A stretch of DNA of 64,000 nt from Euryarchaeota archaeon UBA171 (GCA_002497295.1 DANO01000029.1:4978-68977); one strand, 5' to 3'. Counted from the first letter of the stretch, positions 18,876-29,269 are shown. The notes: generated from the sequence alone by a model not told the origin. Numbers and translations: made by a program.

Positions 18876-19772
18876 ATGGGTGACAGTCCGATACGCGTAG
18901 TTGGAGTGATTGGCGCGGGCACAATGGGTGCTGGTATTGCTCAAGTTTGTTCTCAGATAGGTTGGGAAGTACGGCTTCACGATGCTCTTCCAGGAGGAGT
19001 TGAAGCGGGCATACTTCGTATCGAAGAATTCTGGTCCATGGGTATTAGAAAAGGAAAAACCGATGCAAATATGGTTGAAAAGTGGAGAATGAATATTATT
19101 CCATCCAGCCTCGAAGACGCTGCCATGAGAAGCGATTTGGTTATTGAAGCGGTTCCGGAGAGGATGGATCTGAAAAGTGATATTTTCAGATCTCTTGATC
19201 ATCTGGCGAAGGAGGATACCATTCTTGCGACTAACACTTCCAGCCTGAGCGTGAAAGAAATCTCAAAATCGACCCAGAAACCGAAAAGGGTTGTTGGGAT
19301 GCACTTTTTCAATCCCGTACCCTTAATGCCGCTTGTAGAGATTATACGTCATGAGGAGATCTCCGAGAGAACGGTGGATATTGCAAAATATGCAGCAGAT
19401 AAGATGGGTAAATCTTCCATCGTAGTGAACGACGTTCCTGGTTTTGCGACTAGTCGTCTTGGCGTGGTACTTGGAAATGAGGCGATTAGAATGCTTGCAG
19501 AAGGTGTTGCTTCAGCATCAGATATTGATACAGCAATGAAGCTCGGATATCGTCATCCGATGGGCCCTCTGGAGCTTTCAGATCTTGTTGGTCTTGATGT
19601 TCGAAGAGATATTCTAAACGGTTTAGCGGAATCTTTCGAAGACGACTCGTATCGCCCGCATCCTCTGCTGAATCAACTCGTTAACGCAGGGGACCTTGGG
19701 AAGAAAACTGGACGAGGGATCTACGAATGGGATAGAGGCGAGAAGAGAGATAGAGACGATCTTGGTATGTGA
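18876..19772 (+). CDS. 3-hydroxyacyl-CoA / 3-hydroxybutyryl-CoA dehydrogenase
   Basis: VGVIGAGTMGAGIAQV NAD-binding motif and family-typical length. Confidence 0.85.
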   Translation: MGDSPIRVVGVIGAGTMGAGIAQVCSQIGWEVRLHDALPGGVEAGILRIEEFWSMGIRKGKTDANMVEKWRMNIIPSSLEDAAMRSDLVIEAVPERMDLKSDIFRSLDHLAKEDTILATNTSSLSVKEISKSTQKPKRVVGMHFFNPVPLMPLVEIIRHEEISERTVDIAKYAADKMGKSSIVVNDVPGFATSRLGVVLGNEAIRMLAEGVASASDIDTAMKLGYRHPMGPLELSDLVGLDVRRDILNGLAESFEDDSYRPHPLLNQLVNAGDLGKKTGRGIYEWDRGEKRDRDDLGM

Positions 19773-20548
19773 TTCTAATGACTCTGGAAGGGATGAGTGT
19801 TCTAGTGACTGGGGGAGCAGGCGGCATAGGTCAAGCGATATGCCGGTATCTCTCAAGGAAGGGGGGCAAAGTGATCGTCCATTATCACACCTCGAAATCT
19901 GAAGCTGAAAGTCTGGCTGACGAAATAGATGGGATTGCTGTCTATGCAGATCTCAGAAAAAAGGATGAGGTTGACAAAATGTTCAGTCAAATCGAAGATA
20001 AAATCGGATCGTTACAATGCTGTGTCGCCAACGCGGGAATGTACCCCTCGGAATCTATGCCCGCATGGGAAATCTCTGAAGACCGATGGAATTCTACACT
20101 CGAGTCCAATCTTGGAGTTACCATCTTGACGGCGCAGGGCTTCCTAAGGGGTGCCATAGCTAGTGGCAAAGGTAGTCTTGTGCTAATTGGATCAACAGCG
20201 GGGATTCATGGGGAGAGGGGGCACTCAGATTATGCAACTGCGAAGGGCGCGATCACGAGTGGTCTTCTCCGTACCCTCAAAAATGATGTTTCAGGAACTT
20301 CGATCAGGGTAAATGCAGTGGCTCCAGGTTGGACTCTGACAGATTCAAAAATCGAATCTGGTATCGACCTGGAGATTGCCAGCAATGCGATGCGGACGAT
20401 GTCGATGAAGAAGCTTGCATCTCCCGAAGATATTGCTGGGGCAGTGGCATTCCTCCTTTCAGATGTGGCTAGCGGTCACATCTCTGGACAGGTGATTGAG
20501 GTTTCTGGGGGAATGGAGGGAAGAGTGATACCGGGGCCTGGTGAATGA
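19769..20548 (+). CDS. Short-chain dehydrogenase/reductase (SDR)
   Basis: VLVTGGAGGIGQAI cofactor motif; the start overlaps the previous stop (ATGA). Confidence 0.8.
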   Translation: MILMTLEGMSVLVTGGAGGIGQAICRYLSRKGGKVIVHYHTSKSEAESLADEIDGIAVYADLRKKDEVDKMFSQIEDKIGSLQCCVANAGMYPSESMPAWEISEDRWNSTLESNLGVTILTAQGFLRGAIASGKGSLVLIGSTAGIHGERGHSDYATAKGAITSGLLRTLKNDVSGTSIRVNAVAPGWTLTDSKIESGIDLEIASNAMRTMSMKKLASPEDIAGAVAFLLSDVASGHISGQVIEVSGGMEGRVIPGPGE

Positions 20549-20822
20549 AATGGCCGCTCTGTGGATTGAGTTGATTGGGCTGTTCGCAGGCATCCTTGGA
20601 GTGATCGCATGGATACCACAGATCAAAGAAGTCTGGGTTTTGAAAAGACATGAAGGAATCTCAATAGTAACTTTCGGCCTAGTGGCAACAGCGTTAGTTG
20701 CTTGGCTAATCTATGGCATTCTAGTTGGTTCCCCCTCGATTATCCTGGCAAATTTAGCAGCATTGTCCTGCATTTCCTCGATAATCGTCGGTGTCTTACG
20801 ATTAAGACGTCCTCAGACATGA
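20541..20822 (+). CDS. SemiSWEET / PQ-loop small membrane transporter
   Basis: 93 aa with three predicted TM segments and a WIPQI PQ motif. Confidence 0.5.
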   Translation: MNEMAALWIELIGLFAGILGVIAWIPQIKEVWVLKRHEGISIVTFGLVATALVAWLIYGILVGSPSIILANLAALSCISSIIVGVLRLRRPQT

Positions 20823-21608
20823 TTATTGGTTGAAATCAGGTTCTCGTTTCTCAAGAAACGATCTTACTCCCTCCTTGAAATCTGGAGTTAGTGCCGAGGC
20901 AATCATCAACTGACGCTCAAATTCAAGTTGTGTTTCAAAGAATGTTGTTGAAGAAGCGTCTAGAAGTTGCTTGGTACCCCTCCTGCTACTTTCAGACCAT
21001 GAGCCCCATCTATCAGCAACTTGTATCGATCTTTGAATGAGTTCGCCCTCATTGACGACCTCGTCCACAGCGCCTTTCTCTTGTGCTGTCGAACCGTCCC
21101 ATACCGAGTTCTCGAAGAAGAATCTCCTTGCCGCTTGTTGCCCTACTAATCTTGGGAGGAGCCAGGTCGTGCCCCCATCAGGAGATAGTCCGAGTCTAAA
21201 GAACGAGGCGGCAAGTTTCGCATTTGGTACGCATATTCTGTAATCCATGCTGAGTACTAATCCTAGGCCCCCTCCTGCTGCAGCGCCGTTAATCGCACCT
21301 ATGAAAACCGTAGAAGATCTCCTTATGCGAAGAAGTAGGGGGTGCAGATGGCCAGTCATGGCCTCGACCACGTCCCCGATGGAACCATCGTCAATCGCAT
21401 CATCGAACTTGTCTACTGGTCCGCCCGCAGAAAAAAACCTCCCTGTTCCCGTGAGTATTACTGCATCGGTGTTTTCATCTTGAATTAGGCCGTCTATTGT
21501 ATCGATCAGATGTTCTATTGTACCAGAAGAAAATGTATCTCTGGATGCAGACTCTGAGAGGGTAACTAGGGCAGTTCTTTGGCTCGGGCGGTCTACTGAG
21601 AGAACCAT
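20823..21608 (-). CDS. Enoyl-CoA hydratase/isomerase family protein
   Basis: FIGAINGAAAGGGLGLVLSMDYRI crotonase signature. Confidence 0.75.
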   Translation of the reverse strand: MVLSVDRPSQRTALVTLSESASRDTFSSGTIEHLIDTIDGLIQDENTDAVILTGTGRFFSAGGPVDKFDDAIDDGSIGDVVEAMTGHLHPLLLRIRRSSTVFIGAINGAAAGGGLGLVLSMDYRICVPNAKLAASFFRLGLSPDGGTTWLLPRLVGQQAARRFFFENSVWDGSTAQEKGAVDEVVNEGELIQRSIQVADRWGSWSESSRRGTKQLLDASSTTFFETQLEFERQLMIASALTPDFKEGVRSFLEKREPDFNQ

Positions 21609-21654
21609 GGTGAGTCACAGAAGGCAACACGTATGAACTCCATGAATGTGATAA

Positions 21655-23103
21655 GTGACTGTCGGGCGTGGGCCCATTATGCACAGAGATATGTTGTACA
21701 TTGGGGGCTCGTGGACTGAATCCAAAGGAGAAGGCCGGATATCAGTAGAGAATCCAGCAACGGGAGATGTAATTGGAAGTGTTCCTGAAGGTACTTTAGA
21801 GGATGCGGATAGAGCCGTATTGGCTGCCAGAGAGGCTTTTGGAGGATGGTCTAGTTCTCCAATAGAAGAAAGAATCAGGGTGTTGAATTCCCTCTCAGAA
21901 TCTTTCAAAAATCGGACCGCTGAACTGGCTGAACTCATAACAAAAGAAGTTGGCACGCCTATTGAATATTCGAAAATGGCCATGGTTGGTACTCCCCGTG
22001 TTGTTACACGGTCATATGCAAAATTGCTTGAGTCGTACAATTGGGAGAAGGAGGTACGAAATTCAACAATAGTCAGAGAGGCTATTGGTGTCTGTGCATT
22101 CATCACTCCTTGGAATTTCCCACTCCACCAAATAATCGGCAAGGTAGCTCCGGCTATTGCAGCAGGATGCACGATGGTACTAAAACCATCAAAAGAGGCC
22201 CCTCTTAATGCGTTCTTACTCGCTGAAATGCTCGACGAAATAGGACTTCCGAAGGGTGTCTTCAACCTAGTAAGCGGGTATGGGTCCACGGTTGGGTCGC
22301 ATCTGGCATCTCATCCAGAAGTAGACATGGTCTCATTTACGGGATCTACAGCTGCTGGTGTTAGAGTTTCTCAAGCGGCGGCTGAGAGTGTGAAACGAGT
22401 TACGCTTGAACTTGGAGGAAAGAGTGCAAACGTCGTTCTAGAAGACGGGAACGGCATCAGAGCAGCGAAGAATGCGATCGGCGCGTGCTTTGCAAACTCT
22501 GGGCAGACATGCTCCGCACTAACCCGCCTTATCGTTCCAGAATCGATTTTGGAAGACATCATTCCAATCATAGCCGATCGAGTTGATGCGTATAAGCCGG
22601 GAGATCCTATGGATCCCAAGACGAGATGCGGTCCGATGGTATCGGCCAGTCAACAAGAGAGTGTACTTGGCTACATACGAAGCGGTATCGAAGAGGGTGC
22701 TATTCTGGTAGCTGGTGGATCGGATTTGATTGAAGGTCTCGAATCCGGGTATTTCGTCAGACCCACAGCATTCATGAATGTTGAATCTAATATGAAAATC
22801 TGGAAAGAGGAGATTTTTGGACCTGTGCTTTGTATTGCTTCATATTCCTCAGAGGACGAGGCTCTTTCCCTAGCGAATGACTCAGAATATGGGCTGTCAG
22901 GAGGGGTTTGGTCAGAGGATACTGGTCGCGCCATGGCATTCGCCAAGAAGATGCGGACTGGTCAAGTCAGTGTGAATGGAGGTCCGTTCAATATCAGTGC
23001 ACCCTTTGGAGGGTACAAAAAATCAGGAAATGGTCGAGAACTTGGAGTTCATGGTTTTGAAGAGTTCTTGGAAATCAAATCAATCCAGAAGCCCATTGAG
23101 TGA
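21655..23103 (+). CDS. NAD(P)-dependent aldehyde dehydrogenase
   Basis: ELGGKSANVV and FANSGQTCSA catalytic-Cys motif. The true start may be an internal Met (MLYIGGSW). Confidence 0.85.
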   Translation: MTVGRGPIMHRDMLYIGGSWTESKGEGRISVENPATGDVIGSVPEGTLEDADRAVLAAREAFGGWSSSPIEERIRVLNSLSESFKNRTAELAELITKEVGTPIEYSKMAMVGTPRVVTRSYAKLLESYNWEKEVRNSTIVREAIGVCAFITPWNFPLHQIIGKVAPAIAAGCTMVLKPSKEAPLNAFLLAEMLDEIGLPKGVFNLVSGYGSTVGSHLASHPEVDMVSFTGSTAAGVRVSQAAAESVKRVTLELGGKSANVVLEDGNGIRAAKNAIGACFANSGQTCSALTRLIVPESILEDIIPIIADRVDAYKPGDPMDPKTRCGPMVSASQQESVLGYIRSGIEEGAILVAGGSDLIEGLESGYFVRPTAFMNVESNMKIWKEEIFGPVLCIASYSSEDEALSLANDSEYGLSGGVWSEDTGRAMAFAKKMRTGQVSVNGGPFNISAPFGGYKKSGNGRELGVHGFEEFLEIKSIQKPIE

Positions 23104-23124
23104 TTGCTGGGATGTGATGTTGCA

Positions 23125-23952
23125 TCACTTTGAGATGCAGTAAGGACAATGCTCTCCAACGATGTAGTCGTCGGATTGCTGCTGATCTTGTGATAATGGT
23201 TCTCGGCATTTGAAGCACATTTCGACTTTGGACTCACGGAGATCGTGGTCAACGGCTACTCTCTGGTCGAAGACGAAGCAGTCACCATTCCAATGCGATT
23301 CGCCGTATTCTTCCAAGTATGCGAGTATTCCCCCCTCCAATTGGCGCACGTCCTCAAAACCAGCATTGAGCATAACGGCTGAAGCCTTCTCACATCGTAT
23401 TCCCCCCGTGCAATACATCACGAAGGTCTTCGATTTATACTCCTCAGGTAATATTTCTATGGCTTCTGGAAAGTTTCTGAAAGACTGGATATCAAGGTCT
23501 ATGGCGCCTTCAAATGAGCCTATGCGGGTCTCGTAATCGTTTCTCGTGTCTAGGATCACAATATCTTCGTCATCATCCAGCATGCGCTTGAACTCGGTTG
23601 GAGAAATATGCTGGCCTGTGAAATCAGAGGGTCTGATATCATCCAAGCCCAATGATATGATCTCCTTCTTCCGTTTGACCAGCATCCTCCTGAATGGTTG
23701 ATAATCGGTGTAGCTTATTTTCAGATCTATCCCTATGAATCGCTCATCCAATTCCAGATACTGAAGAAAGGCATCTACTGAGGGCTGGGTGCCTGCGAGG
23801 AAAAAGTTGATCCCATTTTGGCTTAGAAGTATGGAGCCTTTGAGATTGAGCTTCAAGCAGTGTTCGAGCATAGGGTCTCGGATATCGTCTCTATCTGGGA
23901 GATCGATGAATCGATATCCTGCAATGTTCACGATTGTATCCATTGTTAACAC
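23125..23952 (-). CDS. Rhodanese-domain protein, TrhO/YceA-like
   Basis: CTGGIRCEKAS active-site loop and C-terminal Cys pairs (CFKC ... CPYC). Confidence 0.5.
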   Translation of the reverse strand: MLTMDTIVNIAGYRFIDLPDRDDIRDPMLEHCLKLNLKGSILLSQNGINFFLAGTQPSVDAFLQYLELDERFIGIDLKISYTDYQPFRRMLVKRKKEIISLGLDDIRPSDFTGQHISPTEFKRMLDDDEDIVILDTRNDYETRIGSFEGAIDLDIQSFRNFPEAIEILPEEYKSKTFVMYCTGGIRCEKASAVMLNAGFEDVRQLEGGILAYLEEYGESHWNGDCFVFDQRVAVDHDLRESKVEMCFKCREPLSQDQQQSDDYIVGEHCPYCISK

Positions 23953-24013
23953 CTCGATTCACGATCGAGCGAATGTATTCTTCATACTCGGCGAGTCGAA
24001 ACTCGGTTATCGT

Positions 24014-25093
24014 TTAATCGACGTATTCGATGTTCTGGGAGGCGCACCATGCAGGTGCGCTTACAGGATTGCATCTACTAGGCGTCCCCCCGGGTATCTC
24101 GACCCAATACTCGATTGATTCGACTCTTGCGGGATAATCCGTCGATATGCTGTGTGCCCCAGAGGATAAGGCTGCTTCCAGCCTGGATGTGTCGTTATTG
24201 TCAGCCTCCTCTCCGCCGCTATCTGCTCTCGTACGCACAATATGCCCCTCGGTGACCAATCGCTCAATCTCATCTCCATCACCGATTGGATCAGTCATCG
24301 AGAATATCGCGTGTGCGTGAGAAGAGGAGTCGTCTTGCGAGGTGAACATAGGAAACATACGGCCCGTCGGAAAGTGATTCTGAAGGTAGATTTCCCTCAT
24401 GCCGCCAGTGGCAAGCAATACGAAGATGGCCTTGCCGCGACTATCCTCCAGCAAAGGCCAACCCTCGTTGGCTAGGGCGTCACTGAGCGATGGATAATCC
24501 CCCTGAACATCTGCTGGAGTTATCGTCTTATTTCGAGGCCAGAGTTGAGCTATCTCCGACTCTATCTCATCCAAGATTCCGGACATTTGCACTGTTGTTG
24601 TTATGCCCATGCTCTGTTCTGGCCAATCTTTTGGCTCTATCCAAATGAAAGTAGTATGGTGAATCGGATTGGCATCGGACCATTCGAGAAGCGTGTTCAT
24701 GCAGTTTTCAAAGGTAGGGCAAGTGGTGCCAGAGTCGTACTGGTTGTGATATACCCGGAGGCCGTTCCTTACATCCCACCATACATCGATCTCAAACTGC
24801 CTGACTCCGAGTTGGGAAGCTTGGATATCGAGCTCCTCGTGGGTATACATGTACTCCCTGGTGGGGGAAAAAAGCGGCTCGATGTGATACGAATTATGAG
24901 TGCCTTTCATCTGTATGTGATTAATTCGCAATGGTCCTTCTGAAGCTTGATTTTCTGAAGAATCTGATATGCTCCCTGAGTTGTCGAGGCACCCGGAGAA
25001 GGGGGTTAAAAACATCATGAGGATGATTGTTGCAACTGGCAGGCTTGCTCTGAATGTCATTAAATCAGTCTCTGGATCTCCGATGAAATTCAT
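24014..25093 (-). CDS. Secreted/anchored PLC-like phosphodiesterase (PI-PLC X-domain-like)
   Basis: N-terminal hydrophobic signal/anchor; GTHNSYH catalytic-His motif. Confidence 0.4.
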   Translation of the reverse strand: MNFIGDPETDLMTFRASLPVATIILMMFLTPFSGCLDNSGSISDSSENQASEGPLRINHIQMKGTHNSYHIEPLFSPTREYMYTHEELDIQASQLGVRQFEIDVWWDVRNGLRVYHNQYDSGTTCPTFENCMNTLLEWSDANPIHHTTFIWIEPKDWPEQSMGITTTVQMSGILDEIESEIAQLWPRNKTITPADVQGDYPSLSDALANEGWPLLEDSRGKAIFVLLATGGMREIYLQNHFPTGRMFPMFTSQDDSSSHAHAIFSMTDPIGDGDEIERLVTEGHIVRTRADSGGEEADNNDTSRLEAALSSGAHSISTDYPARVESIEYWVEIPGGTPSRCNPVSAPAWCASQNIEYVD

Positions 25094-25272
25094 CTTCTGC
25101 TTTCCTCTATTTCCTTTCTCAGTATGAATTCGATATGTGCGTTAATTGATCCAATATCGTCCTTGGCCCAAATCTTGAGTTTATGATGCAAGAACGGATC
25201 TAACCTGAGTAGGATCTTCTTATCCAAGGATTCACCCCCCATACTTCTCAATATCAGTTTTCGAAGGGCTAC

Positions 25273-26187
25273 TCACTGATGCAAAGTGCCAGTGTTGACC
25301 ACCGGTGTTGTGTCGGTCTCAGAGCAAAGGACCACGAGTAGATTACTCACCATCGTGGCTTTCTGGACCTTATCGAGCTCGATGATGCCTTTCGTACTGA
25401 GTTGCTCCAGAGCCAATTCGACCATGCCAACGGCACCGTTCACTATCTCACGGCGTGCGGCGACGACTGCGGCAGCCTGCTGGCGTCGAAGCATGGCCTG
25501 AGCAATTTCTGTCGAGTATGCGAGATAGCTTATCCTGGCCTCCAAGACCTCAATTCCAGCCCGAGCAAGCCTTGCCTCGACAGATATCAGTAGTTCTTCT
25601 GCCACGGCATCTTGGTGGCTTGAGAGAGTGATTCCTCCGATATCCTTCTCTTCGATGGCATCATAGGGATACTTCGTTGCCATCTCACGAAGAGCGGCTT
25701 CACTCTGGATCTGCACGTAGTGATCGTAATTCTCAACCTCGAAAAGCGCCTCAGCAGCGTCGAAGACTCTCCATACGACGACTGCTGCTATGTCTATGGG
25801 ATTTGCATTGACGTCATTCACCTTGAGTTTGTTTGACTCAAAATTGTTTATTCTAAGAGATATCTTCGTCTTCTGGTATAGCGGATTGAGGAAGAATTGG
25901 AAACCCTCGTTCTTCAATGTGGCTGAGTATTTCCCGAAGAATTGAGCTACGACTGCCTCGTTTGGATTGACTATCACGTAGCTGTTGAACATAACGAACC
26001 ATAGAGGGACGGTGAATATTTGGATTATTACTGTTAATGGCCCCAGGAGAATCGGAAGAATGAGATTGACCAGACCAAGTGCGAGGTGCATTAGCAATCC
26101 TAGGAATCCGTTTATCGTGTAACCATCTATGTCATGATAAGTTGGTTCATTTTTACTTAGCTTGATTGATTCGGGCTTCTCCGCCAT
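25273..26187 (-). CDS. SPFH/Band 7 (stomatin/prohibitin-like) membrane protein
   Basis: N-terminal TM region followed by a typical SPFH core (VVWRVFDAAEALFEVENYDHYVQIQSEAALREM). Confidence 0.7.
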   Translation of the reverse strand: MAEKPESIKLSKNEPTYHDIDGYTINGFLGLLMHLALGLVNLILPILLGPLTVIIQIFTVPLWFVMFNSYVIVNPNEAVVAQFFGKYSATLKNEGFQFFLNPLYQKTKISLRINNFESNKLKVNDVNANPIDIAAVVVWRVFDAAEALFEVENYDHYVQIQSEAALREMATKYPYDAIEEKDIGGITLSSHQDAVAEELLISVEARLARAGIEVLEARISYLAYSTEIAQAMLRRQQAAAVVAARREIVNGAVGMVELALEQLSTKGIIELDKVQKATMVSNLLVVLCSETDTTPVVNTGTLHQ

Positions 26188-26316
26188 AATTGTTTGACAG
26201 GATATCAGACATATAATGATAGCATAAATGTCGATTTAATTCTTCATTATTTATCCTAAAGCAACCATAATGTTAGTTTCCGAAAGAATGAGGTGTTATT
26301 CCGATTTGGGAGTTTT

Positions 26317-26979
26317 ATGGAGCTAATTCTGGATTCTGCAGTGATTGAAGAAGTCGAGGAAATTGCGTCTTGGGGCGTTCTTGATGGCGTTACAACGAAT
26401 CCGACGTTAATCAGGAGGTCAGGCGGTAATTTCGAGGAGACGATTCGTTCCATAGCAACGATATGTTCGGGGCCTATCAGCGCAGAGGTCACAGGGATGT
26501 CATCACCAGAGATGGTGGAAGAAGCCCTCGATCTTAAATCGAAATTGCCTGAAAATGTGATCATAAAAATACCTTGCACGCCCGCGGGGCTGTCGGCTAC
26601 CAGATATCTTGCAGATCGAGATATAGGCGTGAACGTTACACTCGTTTTTTCAGTTGCTCAAGCCCTACTTGCTTCTAAGGCAGGTGCTTCCTATGTGTCT
26701 CCCTTCTTGGGAAGGCTCGATGACAATGGAGGAGAGGGGTTGAGTCTAATCAAAGATATCTCAGAAACATGGAAAAATCAAGGTATAACCGGATGTAAAA
26801 TTCTCGCAGCTTCGATACGATCTGTTCATCATGTCGAAATGTGTGCAAAAATCGGCGCTCACGCAGCGACTATTCCATATGCCATATTCGCCAAATTGGT
26901 CGAGCATGACTTAACGAACACAGGTCTTGAGAAATTCCTAGAGGATTGGAGAGCTGTGAAATCAGAAGGGAGAGCCTGA
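26317..26979 (+). CDS. tal: Transaldolase (short TalC/Fsa type)
   Basis: MELILDSAVIEEVEE ... VLDGVTTNPTLI; chosen start is the internal ATG of ORF 26293... Confidence 0.8.
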   Translation: MELILDSAVIEEVEEIASWGVLDGVTTNPTLIRRSGGNFEETIRSIATICSGPISAEVTGMSSPEMVEEALDLKSKLPENVIIKIPCTPAGLSATRYLADRDIGVNVTLVFSVAQALLASKAGASYVSPFLGRLDDNGGEGLSLIKDISETWKNQGITGCKILAASIRSVHHVEMCAKIGAHAATIPYAIFAKLVEHDLTNTGLEKFLEDWRAVKSEGRA

Positions 26980-27525
26980 CTATTCCACTCCGATAGAATG
27001 TAGTGAATGGATGATGGACGCTGTAAAATCATCTTCTGTTCCATCATTTTTTATTGTTAGATCGGCGAGTTGCATTACCATCTCAAGCCCCCATCCCCAT
27101 TCTCTAGCTTCTCTTTCGTCGAAATTACCGTCATCAGACCTCAATCTGGAATTGATCCTCTCTCTTCTATGTGATTCAGATGCCTCAACTGCAATCACAA
27201 TCATTCTTGGCTGGGATGACTGTAAACGTTCTAATTCCTCGATTTGCCTGAGACCATCAATTACTACGTGATTGTGTTCCACAGCCGCTTCGATGTCATG
27301 GAGTAGGCGTTCCATCACTATCGCCGGACCGAACTCGTCTCTCATATCTTGGGAAACGGATCCGATGTTCGAAGAAGTTGGTTCAAGATTCCTAGAAGCG
27401 ACTTCAGAACGAACTACGTCACCTAGTGAAAGCAGCTTCCACCCCCTTTCTTCTAACACAAGGCCGACGGCAGCCTTTCCAGATCCAGGCGGCCCGGCCA
27501 ATACGATGATCCTGTTCTCCGACAC
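26980..27525 (-). CDS. P-loop nucleotide/nucleoside kinase (adenylate-kinase-like, COG1936-like)
   Basis: IVLAGPPGSGKAAVG Walker A; 181 aa. Confidence 0.5.
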   Translation of the reverse strand: MSENRIIVLAGPPGSGKAAVGLVLEERGWKLLSLGDVVRSEVASRNLEPTSSNIGSVSQDMRDEFGPAIVMERLLHDIEAAVEHNHVVIDGLRQIEELERLQSSQPRMIVIAVEASESHRRERINSRLRSDDGNFDEREAREWGWGLEMVMQLADLTIKNDGTEDDFTASIIHSLHSIGVE

Positions 27526-27565
27526 GTGGAGTGATTCGATAGGTCGTTATTGAGCATCGCGCCGA

Positions 27566-28393
27566 TTAACGACCCACCCATTCTGGTTCCTTTTTCGAAA
27601 GAAATGCTTCGACTCCTATTGAAGCATCTTCAGTGTCGAAGAGTGCTACAAACTCAGAACGCTCAGCCAAGATACCTTGGGACAAGGGGAGGTCCAATGC
27701 AGCCCTAATTGCTCGTTTTGCCACTTTGATCGTATAGGGGGACTTGGAAGCGATATTACGTGCTATTTCTAGTGTTGAATCCCGTAGATCTTCTGGCGGG
27801 ACGACCTTGTTGACCAAGCCAATCTCCAATGCTCTCTGTGCTGAAACCATATCTCCGGTGAGTACCATCTCAATGGCGGCCCCATATCCTACTAGACTGG
27901 TTAATCGCTGTGTTCCGCCACCTCCTGGGATTAGTCCGAGATTAATCTCTGGCTGCCCAAATTTTGCTCGGGTCGAGGCGATCCTCATATCGCATGAGAG
28001 GGCTAGTTCGGTTCCACCTCCGAGTGCAAAACCGTCGACCATTGCGATCGTTGGTTTAGAAAGATTCCAGACGCCCTCCCAAGCATTTCTCTCAAAAAAA
28101 GGACGGACATCTTCAGAACTTTGACCGGAGAACTCAGTTATATCCGCTCCTGCTGCAAAGGCAACGGGCTTAGGTCGGTCTGCATTCTTTTCAGGTTCAG
28201 TACCAGCAATTACTACCACTCTGGTTGAATCATCGGATTCAGCGCGCTCACAGAGGCCTATGAGCTCCTCGTGCATATCGCGATTGAGCGCATTTAGACG
28301 ATTAGGACGGTTGAGCGACCATATCTCGATATGGCCTCCCTCTGGAAAGGATGGAGTTTCAATCCTGTCTACAGTCACGAGGTGTCCGGTCAT
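27566..28393 (-). CDS. Enoyl-CoA hydratase/isomerase family protein
   Basis: MVDGFALGGGTELALSCDMRIAS crotonase signature. Confidence 0.8.
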   Translation of the reverse strand: MTGHLVTVDRIETPSFPEGGHIEIWSLNRPNRLNALNRDMHEELIGLCERAESDDSTRVVVIAGTEPEKNADRPKPVAFAAGADITEFSGQSSEDVRPFFERNAWEGVWNLSKPTIAMVDGFALGGGTELALSCDMRIASTRAKFGQPEINLGLIPGGGGTQRLTSLVGYGAAIEMVLTGDMVSAQRALEIGLVNKVVPPEDLRDSTLEIARNIASKSPYTIKVAKRAIRAALDLPLSQGILAERSEFVALFDTEDASIGVEAFLSKKEPEWVGR

Positions 28394-28441
28394 GGCTCTA
28401 CGTGAGGTTACTTGCTGTTCAACCTCACCACTCTAGTTGGC

Positions 28442-29242
28442 TCACATAGAGGGCGGAGGCGGAGGCGGCATATCCGGTGGCGGAGGCGGAATATTGGAGT
28501 CTGAGTTTGGATCTTTATGTTCAGTGTCATCTCCCATTGTTTCTCCATTCATAGTTGATCTTGATGAGTTGAAAGCAATTCTTCTGGTTATCCTAAGGAC
28601 TCTCCTATCATCGATTCGAACAAGACTTGAGGCACTAGCCCCCTCTTCTCGTTCGCCATCCCTGTATTCGAGAATCTGTAACTCATGCTGAGTGCCCTCA
28701 ATCAATTCATGCAATCCTTCGCCATCCTCGGTACTAGTCCATTGACGTAATCGCTTATTGCGAATGGGTGCCAATGAAATACGACGTTCGCGAGCGATTC
28801 TCTCTCTGATTTCCGTGCGACGTTCGCGTCTATTTTCAACGAATTGCTCAACTTCATCTTCAAATTCCATCTGAGCATCACTCGAAACAGTGTATTTCTC
28901 AGCAATCTTTGCTGAGTCTTTCGTTGATTCTGGACTTGTATTGTTGACAACGGGCGTATCCTCCAGGGGGACTGGGGCTGCAGGTGATTCAGGAGCCTGT
29001 GGTTCTGATGAGTCGCTCTTGATTTCAATCGCGCTCGCTACAGGTACGGCTTTGATTGCTGCAATTGGTGCAATAATCTTCGGAGCGGGTCTTCCTGTGA
29101 ACATGAGTATCGATAGCAGTGCTAGCAAGGTAGTGGCTCCTGCCAAACGAGCAATTGGAGTCACCGCCCCTTGTAAAATCAAAAATGCGGGCGTTCCCAG
29201 TAGAAACATCGACCAGACGATGAGCCTCGAGACTGACACCAT
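28442..29242 (-). CDS. Hypothetical membrane-anchored protein with a charged coiled region and a poly-proline C-terminus
   Basis: N-terminal TM helices; C-terminal PPPPPDMPPPPPPSM encoded by GGC/GGA repeats. Confidence 0.35.
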   Translation of the reverse strand: MVSVSRLIVWSMFLLGTPAFLILQGAVTPIARLAGATTLLALLSILMFTGRPAPKIIAPIAAIKAVPVASAIEIKSDSSEPQAPESPAAPVPLEDTPVVNNTSPESTKDSAKIAEKYTVSSDAQMEFEDEVEQFVENRRERRTEIRERIARERRISLAPIRNKRLRQWTSTEDGEGLHELIEGTQHELQILEYRDGEREEGASASSLVRIDDRRVLRITRRIAFNSSRSTMNGETMGDDTEHKDPNSDSNIPPPPPDMPPPPPPSM

Positions 29243-29269
29243 ATGGGGGGCGGTTGATGTCGCCTGACT

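Noticed and set aside
28437-28510. Short GGC/GGA tandem repeats (gggcggaggcggaggcgg ... ggtggcggaggcgg) that looked like a possible repeat array
   Set aside because: They lie inside the minus-strand ORF 28442..29242 and encode its poly-proline C-terminus. They lack the length, spacer structure and regular periodicity of a CRISPR array.
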